A stretch of DNA of 64,000 nt from Eledone cirrhosa (Eukaryota): positions 36,332,001 to 36,396,000 of the forward strand of contig OZ024740.1 in the NCBI GenBank assembly GCA_964016885.1, given 5' to 3'. Below the pieces are notes generated by a model. That model searched no databases. It saw only the letters and a program-made list of their open reading frames with translations, and was not told the origin of the DNA. Positions 31,821 through 43,934 of the stretch are shown here, one piece after another (positions within the stretch are counted from its first letter, which is position 1; each line of letters opens with the position of its first letter). Made by a program: the position numbers and the translations under genes.

Positions 31821-32410
31821 GCGTGTGCGTGTGCGTGTGTGTGTGTCTGAAAGGTAAACAGAAATAACAACACAATCGGTACTGTATATGGAAGGAATAT
31901 ATTAGGTTAACGCTTGAAAAACACATACACGCACGTGCATATACATATATGCACACACACACAGACACACACACACACACGCACACACACACACACAAAC
32001 ACACACAAACACACACACAGACACACATACACATACGCACACCCACACCCACATATATATACATATATATATAAATAACAAAATAAGATGCTGAGGTTAC
32101 ATATATTGTTTAATCATAATACTTATTTCTACGGTTCTCCATGCAATCGAGATGTCCTTCATGCATTTGCTGTTGATTATGAGAACGGTTTCCTCAGATG
32201 AAAATCGATATATTTGATATGTTGCTGGCAGGAAAATACACATCCTAATGCCTGTGCGTCCATATATATATATGAAATTTAGTCGTCTAAACGCAAATGA
32301 CTGCAATAATAGTTGGAATAAAAGTTGGAAATGACTGCAATAAAAGTTGGAATACTGTATTCGATGCTTTCAACTATTGTTTATAGTAATCGACTATTAT
32401 TATAACCCTC

Positions 32411-32603
32411 TGCGGTGGATTGGCAGTATCGGTAGAGGGTCGGACACCATGCTTTGACGCATAGAGTTACGGCCCTTGCCATTCTGAGTTCAAATCCCGC
32501 CGAAGTTAACTTTGCCTTTCATCCTTACGGGCTCGATAAAATAAAGCACCAGTAATACACTGGGAAAATTGCTGGCCTTGTGCCAAAAGTAGAAACAATT
32601 ATT
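32411..32603 (+). mobile_element. tRNA-derived SINE (Nin-domain-like), near full length
   Basis: A box tggcagtatcgg, B box gagttcaaatcc, core gcctttcatcct..gataaaataaag, 3' end ggccttgtgccaaaagtagaaacaattatt. Confidence 0.85.
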
Positions 32604-33169
32604 TACCAACCCACCCCTAAAGTTATACTGGGCTGATAGCCTCCTTATCACCCACCACCCTAGTATCCTCTGCGTCGGAACCACTACATTCCAAATATCA
32701 AACTTTGTCAATATTAAGTCAACCAGATTTTAGATATTCTGTTTGCAAACAAAAATATTCTAAAAGACAGCAATCGGTGAACAGAGATTCTTTAGCATAC
32801 TGGTTAGACGCCTCTGTCGATTTTTCTTTTGTCTCCACGGGTACCTTACTTGTAACCCTATAAGAGACTTAAAAATCGATCAGATAGACTTGTTTGTATG
32901 GGACTATCCGATCGATTTTTAAATCTCTCATAAGGTTACTCCTTTGATAATGAGCTTTTAAAGCCGAAAATATTTGAGATCGTTAAATTTGTCAAGGTAA
33001 GATTCTTTTGTTATCTTGGCAGTTTAACACATTCTCCATAACGCATTGTGTTGGTCTTCAAAATTTAAATTTGTATATATATATATATATATATAGATAT
33101 AACTCTAATACTTAAACATCTCAATGAATGAATAACGTGTATATAAAACACCACTCAGAGAAGCAATAT

Positions 33170-33206
<37 letters not shown>

Positions 33207-34726
33207 GGGAATAAATTTAGTCCTTCATCAGTGATATTCCAACCTTCATTGGTATTTCATCGCTTTAAAGACCATATACCTCCGGTTGGTGCGAGCAACG
33301 GCTAAAGAAAGTCGTTTGGACACGTAAATAGGGGAACGAGGGAGACAGTAAACAATCAAAGATGGTAATGTAACGAAAAGTGAGGAAGAAGGAGTCAAGC
33401 CCCTGAAATCGATGAACATAAGTTCTGTGAAATCGTGGACGAGAGAGAATAAAGACTATCAAACCTGGTCGAAATGTGAGTAAGGAAAGAATTTAGCACA
33501 GGTCAAACGGGAAGAAGGAGTCAAGTCCCTGAAATTTTAGTTTCAGAAGATCCCGTTAAGGGTGGAAGCAGCGATTCTTTGCTTAAACTTGTGTGAAATC
33601 GTAGACGAGAGAGAATAAAGACCATACGACCTGGTCGAAGTGTGCGCGAGGAAAGAATCTCGCACAGGTCAAACGGGAGGAAGTAGGAGAGGGAGTAGCA
33701 GAGAGTGAGTGAGTGAAAGTGTGAGAAAGAGGCTAACAGAGAGAGTGACTGGCAGAGGGGGTAAAGGAAGTGAGAGATACAGAGAAAAGGGGAAACACTA
33801 AGAAAGAATCAGACGGGTCACAGCGGAGGAAATTATATATGAATATGAAAACATGGCGTGCTGTGTGGTTGCAATTGAGTTACATATGAATAAATTTAGT
33901 CCTTCATCAGTGATCTTCCAACCTTCATTGGTATTTCATCGCTTTAAAGACCATATACCTCCGGTTGGTGCGAGCAACGGCTAAAGAAAGTCGTTGGGAC
34001 ACGTAAATAGGGGGAACGAGCGAGACAGTAAACAATCAAATATATACACACATATATATATATATATATAAGGAAGTACCCTTGACAAGTACCAATGGCG
34101 AGTATTTTGGCGTATGCTTGTGTATGTACGTATATGGATGCGTGCATGTATATATTTAATTTCAATTACCTCTGTAATTTATTTACTTTATTCTCAACTC
34201 TGAAGCCGAGAATCATTCGGTTTCCGAAATAGAATTTTAGTCTACGACTTCAGTTATACCATAAACGTGGATTTCACCGCTCCACATAATGACGTATTAT
34301 CTTCGTTTTTCCGTTCATTGCCGGAGAACGTCTCCACGAACCACCTAATAGAATATTAGTCTACGACTTCTTTTATACCATAAACGTGGTTTTCTCTTTG
34401 CGTGTAATTGTTTTCACCGCTCCAAATAATTGTTTCTACTTTTGGCACAAGGCCAGCAATTACCCAGTGCAAATTACCCGCTCCAAATAATGACGTATTA
34501 TCTTCCTTTTTCCGTTCTTTGCCAGGGAACGTTTCCACGAACCAAAGTATCGTCTTCCTGTCTTCCTTCGGTTGCAACGTTTTTTGAAATATTTACTTCT
34601 GCGTTCACAGATTGATATTTTTTAGTTTCAGAAGATCCCGTTAAGGGTGAAAGCAGCGATTCTTTGCTTAAACTTTAATCTATTATTTTAATAAATATTT
34701 GCTCTACGGTTCTTATATATTTGATA

Positions 34727-37086
34727 TCCTAAACGGACGGTAGTCCGTTTAGTAATATTGTTGTGGTCGTGTTTTCGTTGGCAATCGTTTGTTTACGACA
34801 GTACAGCGCGGCTCTCCTTTATTTAACTGAGATAAAACTTATATGAGCATGAACAGTAGATCATTACGCATCTTTTTGCTTAAAAATCCAGAAATTTGGT
34901 CCAGCGGGAAAAAGTTTATAATCAAAGTTTGCTGATAAATCTTGTGTTCAAGTGAGTGAGTAGTAAGTGTGACGCTAGGGGAGGTAATCCAGAAATGACG
35001 TTTGGAAAATTTTAATTACTGCATGAAAGAAATGATTAAAAAATTGAACTTGCCCAATCTTCACAACGTTGAAAATTGGTCAAAATTTGACAAATCTGAC
35101 TTCAAACCAGATATGATTCATTTGAACAATGTTGGAAATCTTAAATTGACACAAATTTTTGCCAATGTTTTTGCCACCTGATCCTTGTTCTATGGCTGAC
35201 TGACTAATTTTGTGACTTAATAAAATGTCATCATACTAGTAATGCACAATAGTCATTTTTAAATTTAAATTTTATTAAATAGTTGTTGCTTGCATTGCCT
35301 TAAAATAGTAACAAGAATGTACACATACTTTTTAAAAATACATCATTATCAGTCAAATCAGTCAAATGTCACTAAAAGCCAGGTGGTCGATAACAACTTC
35401 TATAAGATTAGTTACATGCTCACACATTGGATCACCTCTCATCAATGGCATTGGGTGTCTGAGATAATCGTGGAGATAACTGATGAAGTCACAAATGAAG
35501 TGATTGTCTTCCAGTGTGAACAACTCCCTATATCCATTGATATATGTGATGGCTTCCGATTCATAGGTGCATTTTATGAGGAATTCCATGCATCCGATTT
35601 TCAGTGATTCAATGGGCATTTTATCAGAGATGATAAGGTATTTGACCACGTTTTGCTTTGTAAGTAAATTGGAGAGAATCACTGCAGTCAAAGGCATTTC
35701 TTTGCATGGGTTTTTGTCCATTCTAAAAAGTTAAAATGATAAAGTATTACTACTATATAACTTACATCTATTGTTGTAACACCATTGAAATGCACAAGTT
35801 TCACCAATTCACTATTATGCACTAATCATCTAAAATACATTCATGATTTACTAGCTTTGTTATTAAGCCAGTTGCCTCAACTAGATTGCAATTATACTCA
35901 AAAGAACTTTAAAATGTCAATCACTTGTCAGTAATTCACTATGATCATTTAATTATTAGATAGTTGTTGCTTGCATTGCCTTAAAAAATAGTAGGCCAGA
36001 TAGAAAAATGCGTACAGCAAAAAAAAGTAATATTGTTGGAATATAAACCTTTAAAAATACAGGACAAGAAACTAAAATAAAACTTTAAAAGAATAGGACA
36101 AGACACGAAGATAAAACTTTAAAAGAATAGGAAAGAAAATAAGATAAAACTTTAAAGAATTGGACAAGAAATAAAAAAATTTACAATAATATTAGTGGCA
36201 AATTTTTGTTATTCGTTTCCTGTGCTATGCCCCAGTATCTTCTTGATTAGTGCATAATAATTGTCATGCTCTCATTGTGCGTTGCCTCTGAGCGGTTGGT
36301 TCTGGTTGGGGTTGGTTGGCTGAGCAGTTCCGCTCCGTCAGAATGACCATTGCAAGAAGAATTGGCCGATGCAGCTGCAGGTCTCCTCCAAGAATGCACT
36401 TCTGGTCCCGCAACACCAGACGAAGATGGAGAAGACGACCGGGACAAGATGTCGACTCTGACCACCGACTACGGCACCTCCCTCAACCACCGCTCCTCCC
36501 TCCCTCTGTCCCGTCATCCCTCCAGTCCTCCCGCTCCCCCTTCCTGTACCAGAAAGCTGTGGCACGCATTCATCTGGACTGCCGGACTTGAACTCAAGGA
36601 CAAGATGCAAGGAGAAGATGGACGGGTTGGTCAAGATCAAGGATGAGCAGGACGACAAGACCGTCCGCTGCTGCTCAAGATCTGTGCTCATGGGCCCATG
36701 GGTCCATTCACATTATGCATGACACATGAGGCGTGTCGCCGAATGATGAAATAGGGGTATGGTTATGGCCCAATTGGTGTTCAAACCAGGATCAAATGAC
36801 CCCCCGGTCTGACGACGACCTCTGAATGTGGAACCCAGAGCCTATGAATGTGGAACTCGATTTTTTACCAATAAAAATTTTGCCACTAATATTATTGTAA
36901 AATTTTTTATTTCTTGTCCAATTCTTTAAAGTTTTATCTTAGTTTCTTGTCCTATTCTTTTAAAGTTTTATTTTAGTTTCTTGTCCTGTATTTTAAAAGT
37001 TTTATTTTAGTTTCTTGTCCTGTATTTTTAAAGGTTTATATTCCAACAATATTACTTTTTTTTGCTGTACGCATTTTTCTATCTGG
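34727..37086. mobile_element. 2.36-kb insertion without TSD (Helitron/Helentron-like) with an internal inverted duplication and cargo ORFs
   Basis: Splits a family A copy exactly at ttgata|tatatttatcc. Ends are TCC.. and ..CTGG. Perfect hairpin at 34729-34752, 13-bp subterminal IR at 34751-34763 and 37044-37056, and arms of about 212 bp at 35996-36207 and 36873-37086. Confidence 0.75.
35362..35721 (-). CDS. Hypothetical 119-aa protein (transposon cargo)
   Basis: Uninterrupted ATG-to-stop ORF of non-repetitive composition in AT-rich DNA, immediately preceded by an acceptor-like ttttaactttttag. No family recognised. Confidence 0.45.
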   Translation of the reverse strand: MDKNPCKEMPLTAVILSNLLTKQNVVKYLIISDKMPIESLKIGCMEFLIKCTYESEAITYINGYRELFTLEDNHFICDFISYLHDYLRHPMPLMRGDPMCEHVTNLIEVVIDHLAFSDI

Positions 37087-37333
37087 TATATTTATCCTTA
37101 TCGAGCCCTCTTTGGATTTTAGTCTTCAAATTTATTATTATTACTATATATATATATATAGTAATAATAATAAATTTGAAGACTAAAATCCAAAGAGGGC
37201 TCGATAAGGATAAATATATATCAAATATATAAGAACCGTAGAGCAAATATTTATTAAAATAATAGATTAAAGTTTAAGCAAAGAATCACTGCTTTCACCC
37301 TTAACGGGATCTTCTGAAACTAAAAAAAATCAA

Positions 37334-37378
<45 letters not shown>

Positions 37379-37435
37379 TAATTGAATATATATATTCCAT
37401 TATGATAGAAACAAATCTGGCAAGGATAATAACAC

Positions 37436-37528
<93 letters not shown>

Positions 37529-38374
37529 CGAAGACTTAAACATACCGAGGAAGAGAATCCGTCTTGATTGATGTTTACCAAAATCGATAGTTGGTGATCG
37601 ATACTAATCGATGCTGAACTTTCAGTATTTTTTGATTCTCAGAAACAGATCTGTCTATGATTTGGCGATGGAAGTATTCTATGTGTATGATTTTAAATTT
37701 GTATTTAAATTTACTATGGAAGTACGGCCATCTAAGTATGACTTTAAATTTGTATTTAAATCTACATATCATTTGCTATATGTGTATATATGTATAAAAT
37801 GCTAGTTTCTTTCTCAATTGATATATCCTCGTATATCGTTCACAAATATATCATATTATTTATGTCCTAAACAGATGTTTATTGAACATTTTACTGAGAA
37901 ACATTATAGATATATATTTTATATGTATTTATTAAACTTAAAATTAACTCATATATAAGAATATATATATAATATATATATATATAATGTTCCACCATTA
38001 TATATAGTAGCCAGGAACGCCTTAACGTAATGATTAACACAGTTGTCAGCAATATTTTCAAACTAACCGCAGACACCTCAAAATATCTCATCAAGTTTGT
38101 ATTCAGTTAATAAAATTAGTAACTTTAAAGGTACCGGAAAAGTGTTATAAAACTTTGTTTTAAGTATTGACCGTAAATATTGAATTTCTGTTGCAAAATC
38201 CTCACAGTTATGTTAGTAAGATATTAATCCGCGAACCTTTTAAATTCTTTTAAAACAAATTTGCTGAAGTAGGCCTTAGGTGTTGTGTTGCCGTACCCAC
38301 TTTACCATATTTGGGTCACAGTCTTCGCACTTGCCGGAGAATTTCATTACTATCAGGATTTTGTTTCATTCAAA

Positions 38375-38635
38375 CTATAGTAAAATAGCGGTCGCTCTCC
38401 GACAGGTTCACGGTCGTGCACTTGGCAGTGGAGACTTCTGGACCTCGGGCTACCTCCTATTCACCACCATAGGCGCTGAACTGGCCAGCCGCTGGTGTGA
38501 GCCTCGCGAATTGGAATGGTTCTTCCTGCGCATCTCTCTTACCATCCTTCGGGGAAACACCTTCTCCATCCTGTCCGCCGGGGTTGTGGGGAGGCCAGCA
38601 CGTGGGACCACATTTGCTCACCATACAGATTAATA
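38375..38635 (+). mobile_element. CRE-like non-LTR retrotransposon C-terminal (REL endonuclease) fragment
   Basis: Frameshifted translation gives LSDRFTVVHLAVETSG then IGAELA..PRELEWFFLRISLTILRGNTFSIL, resembling the A.ET.G / QR.S....RGN C-terminus. Confidence 0.7.
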
Positions 38636-38949
38636 GGCAAAGTCCATATTATTATAAAGCGAATCGTTATTTATGAATATATACTAGATAATTTTCAACA
38701 CTTAAGTTGTTGCATTTCATGTTATATCCAAATTTTTCTCTGAATTTCCAATTACACAAAATCGCTTTGACAAATATTTAAAAATATTTTTGTAGTCCAA
38801 TTTATTTTAAACTCTTCAAACTTTTAAAGAAGTCTGTTATGATCGAAATTTGAAACTTGCAAAGTTGCATTTAAAGACACCAAATTCAAGATAATTTAGA
38901 GCAGGCTTCATGTTTTCATTCTCTTCTCAACAATTTACATAAAGTATGC

Positions 38950-39405
38950 TAAGATCTTTGATACTTACATCCTACCAGTTGTGTTATATGGTCTTGACTG
39001 TGTTAATTGGACGACAAAGTAACTTTAGAAGCTCTCTACATTCCAGAATCACATCATGAGACTTATGACTGGCAAGTGGCTCAGCAACCGTATCTGTATC
39101 CATGAGCTGCTCAACATTACTAAACTTAGACTAATTACATCAATTGTCAAGTTAAGAGTACTCAAACTATACGGCCATATAAAATGATCAACTCGTGGTG
39201 TGAGTAGGTTATACCTGGAAGGAAGGTTGGCTGATAAGAGAAGCAAAGGCCGGCAACCAAAACGATGGCTTGATAATGGCAACTTATGGACTGGACTTGA
39301 TCTTTGCTATTTGAACTCTGCTACTGGTGATCGAACTTTGTGGAGAGAGATATCACATGTTGATACGCAGTCTGCAACTGGCGGAGTTTAGCGTCACAAG
39401 AGTGT
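38950..39405 (+). mobile_element. RTE-type LINE 3' fragment
   Basis: ILPVVLYG, FQNHIMR, LKLYGHI and LEGRLADKRSKGRQPKRWLD, with in-frame stops. Confidence 0.82.
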
Positions 39406-42100
39406 CTAAGGATTCTTCCATTGCGATATGATTAATCGTACTTGGACAGGCAAATATTTGTCAGCATATATTTCCAAAATTCATTATGGAATACATTGTT
39501 TGTAATAATATGGAAAGGTGCAAATATTAAATCAATTTGCAAGTTCCGATAACAAGAAAATTAACCGAGAAAGGCATTCAAACACATACCTTTTGGCAGC
39601 CTAAATTCAAACTGTAATATTTGGCTTCATATTTATGTGGGCCATTAAAATTATTTGCTCTATTTATTCAATATAAATATTTATATCAATAAAAAACACA
39701 CGCACCTGTTGGGTTTCACTTTCAATTTTCCAGTCGGTTAGTTTAATAACCAGATGGTTGTTTAGTTGTTGATTGTCAAAGCTCTTTCGTCACACATTCT
39801 GTGACCTCGCCAGTGACTACTTTCGTTGTTACTTTGTGTCTTCCCTTTGCTCTGTTTTGTATCATCTTGTTTTTGTGAGCTGTGAACAATTTTAATTGCA
39901 TTAGAATGACTTTGTTAGTTGATGACACAACAATAATTACTCTTGAAACCATTAACGTCAATTAATGAAGAATATTTTGACTTTTTAAGTAGTCTATTTC
40001 TCATGCAAAACCAGGATAATAGCTTTCTTGAGTAGATTGGTGTATTTCCTTCAATATAACTTAATTTTTCAAGAACATTTCGTTTTCTGTAACGTGTTAT
40101 TAGATCAATTCCGCGACCAATCTGTCGAATAATGTAATTGCATGCTGCTTGTATATATTGTTTTAATTTCAAAGGTTTCATTTCTATATTTTGGCAACCA
40201 GTCTCCGAAATGTACTTGAAATTTCATTTGAGTTTATACAACTATCAGCAATCTATCTTACAGATTTCTCGTAATTAGGTTGAACGGATGAACACATATT
40301 TGTTAGTAGACAACTATAACACTTGTATACAGCATTCTTGGACTGATTCTTCCAATCTTTTGTTATACTGTCAGCATTAGTATTCCACTTTCCTGCTATA
40401 AGGGACACTTAGGTAAATATTCACATAAAGGTAAGCTGCTACAACAATTCTTCAGTAAAATCTAGAATTCACTGAACACTAATAAATAAGGATATAAATA
40501 CGAAAATCAAATAAATATAATTAGCTTCTTCCAATCTGTTTTTTTTTAAAATAGTTTTTCTACTTCTGTAGACGGCAAATTAAAGATGGTAGCATCAATC
40601 TTTTGTGGAAGTGTTAAAAAAAAAGAAGACAATGTATTTTTGCTTGATTTGAGTTAAACAATAAATGACTCTGTTTAAATACATGCCCCTCCCCACAAAA
40701 AACTTTTTCTTTAATTTGGTAAAAAACATCCGCTAAATAAGAAACATTATCGAGATCACATATTTTGTATACTTTCATAAACGTATGTAAACTTACTTAA
40801 CCTAATCTACGATTATGATATGCTAGGGTAGGTTAGATTAGCTTATCTATGAAACTATACAAAATATTTACATTACTAATACATACCTCTATATAATTCT
40901 TTTTAAAATTGGCCCAAGGCCAGGATTTCTCTATATTTGTAGCAGTAGTAATAGTAGCTTATATCTTAGTGTTAAAAAAAAACTAATAAATACTTATTTT
41001 CTTATTCTATAAAAAATACTATTTCTTGTTGTTTTGTCCTTTAATTAGATTTAAAATAAACAGAGCTCGGTTTAGTAATACTATCAAAAGATATTGTATA
41101 TTTATAAGGATGAATATTGACTGTCAATAAGACAACGTTCTTCCATAAATCATGCATCCGAATTGAAAATTTGATAATTGTTCATCTCACATTTTGGTTA
41201 TAATTGAACGCTTTTGTTCACAAAAATCACCTTTTCTTTAAACAGAAGCATTCCTTTTGTCTTTTAAAAATTGAAAAGCTACAAATATCCTAAATTTGTT
41301 TTACGTCTTAAGCAAGGAAAACACTTTCCGGTAAAAAAAATGGCTATTTTTATCCCAATGCGCAGCTGTAGTTTGCATGCATCAACGAAACGAAAATTAA
41401 TTATTGAACATAATTAATCAATTCAGATTTTCCGAGTGGTGGTTTGTATACTAAGCTCATTGTTTCAGAAATCTCAATCTGAATTTGTGTATGTCTAGGG
41501 TCTGAAGAGAACATAATTCTTGATACCCGATTGATTTATATTTTAATGAAGTTACCAAAAGATTCAAAAGCTGAAACTTCTAGCTGTTTTACAGCTTCCC
41601 TTATTTTCTATTTTTTCTTTCTTTTTTATGCTTATTCCGCCTCCCGTTGGACTTTTCTATTTTATTTATTTTTAATTTTAAATTAGATTTTTATATTCCC
41701 TTATCCCTGTCTTGTTTTTAGTTTATCAACTGTAAGAAAGACCAGATACTTCCCCTAGTATGTCATAGCTTACTAGTTCCATACGGACGTTTAAATTTAA
41801 TAAATGATTAAATAAATGAATAAATAAATATAGGGTTAGAGTAGACACACTGTATGAAAGAGGACATATACATTCACAGGGTGAAAGATCTGTTCGTTTC
41901 AGAGGAGCGTCAGACATGTCCCGGCAAAATGAGATGAATACGTGAAAATCATCTACATATTGGTAAACTTTTGTAAATTCATATAATAGAAAGTAGATGT
42001 AGATTTTGTTTGGGGTGATTGGGCAATCATACGTTTAAGGATCTCTCTTAAGGTGTTCGGGTCCCGGATATACATTCTGAGTTCCCTCTTATCGACCTTG

Positions 42101-42132
<32 letters not shown>

Positions 42133-42174
42133 TGTATGTATGTATGTATGTATGTATGTATGTATGTATGTATG

Positions 42175-42844
42175 TCTTTCTCCATTTATTACGATCAGCA
42201 GCAATATTTTCCCATGTATCAGCAGAGATGTATCCCTCATATACAGATGAACGACTGTATATGAGGGTAAAGTTGCCTTTGAGGCATCTCGAATCGCATA
42301 CGAGAAAGTAAAGCGGGATGTGAGGAAGGGCATTGCTGTTGCACTTCCAGACGGCGAGAGTCCTCCTATGGTACTGACATGCAGCGTCTGTGCGAGACTC
42401 TGCCTAAGCAAAGCTGGACTCGAAAGTCATCTTCGCAGTCATAAAGTAAGACCAGTGGTTGACTACCATGCAGCTGTTGGAGATGTTACTCATCATGCTT
42501 GCCAAACATGTGGTAGAGAATGTAAATCAGCAGGAGGGTTCAAGCGACATGCAAAAGTACATGAACTCCAACCACAGCCGACTATTCCCAGTGAATGTTT
42601 TGGTTGCCAGACATTTTAGTTCATTGGCTGGGCTAAAAAGCCACATTCGATCGCAGCGCTGTTAGTTGCTATCGTGTGTGTGTGTGTATATATAGATATG
42701 TTTATGTGTGTGCGTGTATGTGTATATATATATGTATATGTATATGATTATTGTTGTTGTCGTTTTTATTATTGTTGTTATTATTATTATTATTGTTATT
42801 AATGTATATGTGTGTGTGTATGTGTGTGTGTGTATGTATGTATA

Positions 42845-42927
<83 letters not shown>

Positions 42928-43012
42928 TTTTTTTTTTTTTTATTTATTTTTTTTTTTTTTTCTCCTCGTGCAATGGCCATACTCGATAACGACGGGGCAG
43001 CCATCATCATCA
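42175..43012 (+). mobile_element. RTE (BovB-like) LINE 3' end with three C2H2-like zinc fingers, split by microsatellites
   Basis: CSVCARLCLSKAGLESHLRSH, CQTCGRECKSAGGFKRHAKVH and FSSLAGLKSHIRS. 3' tail ggccatactcgataacgacggggcagccatcatcatc followed by (ATGT)n. Confidence 0.8.
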
Positions 43013-43097
43013 TGTATGTATGTATGCATGTATGTATGTATGTATGCATGCATGCATGTATGTATGTATGTATGTATGTATGTATGTATGTATGTAT

Positions 43098-43670
43098 GTC
43101 GCCAACGACCTGTCCCATGGTCGGGTCGTTGGCGACTAAACTGGCAACCCCACCAAGGTTTCTTGGTGAGGAGGGTGACTTTGGACATCCTGCAGGACTA
43201 AAAACAAAACCTGTCAAAGGGCAAAGGAGCTCTTAAGAATCAATGGCCATCCAAAATCACCGGGAGAGATGACCCCTTAGCCTTTGTCAAGGCAAAATTC
43301 TAGGAGAAGGATAACTCTGATATAACACCTGCAACCCTGATGGTATCCAATGATGTTGACTTGTTCTTCTTTTTTGGTAAATATCATATTGATTAAAAAA
43401 GTGGGACTGGCTTTGTGCAGTGCCTTTGCTTACTATAAAAGCTTCACGGCACAGGCATTGCTTTATATCTGGAGATCTCTCTGCACTTGTCGTCACATGG
43501 TACCATGGACCCAGCACTGTGTCAATAATTGTCACAAGTGTAGTGCTTGTACCAGAGTTTTCAAGTCGCTGGCTGGACTAAAAAATCACACTCGTTCAGC
43601 GCATCGGTAGGGGTTCTCCTACATGGATATAAAGTAGTGGCCGTACTCGAAGACGAGTTGGCAGCCACCA
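43098..43670 (+). mobile_element. Short non-autonomous RTE derivative (5' UTR joined to a zinc-finger 3' end)
   Basis: The 5' part is homologous to 47395-47825. The 3' part encodes CSACTRVFKSLAGLKNHTRSAH and ends in the tail ggccgtactcgaagacgagttggcagcc followed by (ATGT)n. Confidence 0.7.
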
Positions 43671-43934
43671 TGTATGTATGTAAGTATGTATGTTCTTCTG
43701 GTTTTATAATTTCACAAATGTTTACCAATAGAGAGAGAGTCGGTTTCTAACATAGACACAAGACTCTCTCATTGGAATTTACAACATCAACTAGGTAGAT
43801 ATGTCTGCATGTCTGCATGCAAGCATGTGTGTTCAGGTATGGATGTTATTGTATATGTTGATGTGGATGTTTTGAGTTGTGTGTGTGCATGTGCACACGA
43901 TTTGTATCTTCACATGTGTATATGCAGTTATTAG

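Noticed and set aside
32852-32939. Imperfect hairpin of about 35 bp as a pre-miRNA
   Set aside because: Single copy with no supporting evidence, more simply explained as a decayed MITE or fold-back.
42320-42665. Host C2H2 zinc-finger gene
   Set aside because: Lacks TGEKP linkers, has the RTE-type S.AGL.SH.R pattern and is followed by an RTE 3' tail.
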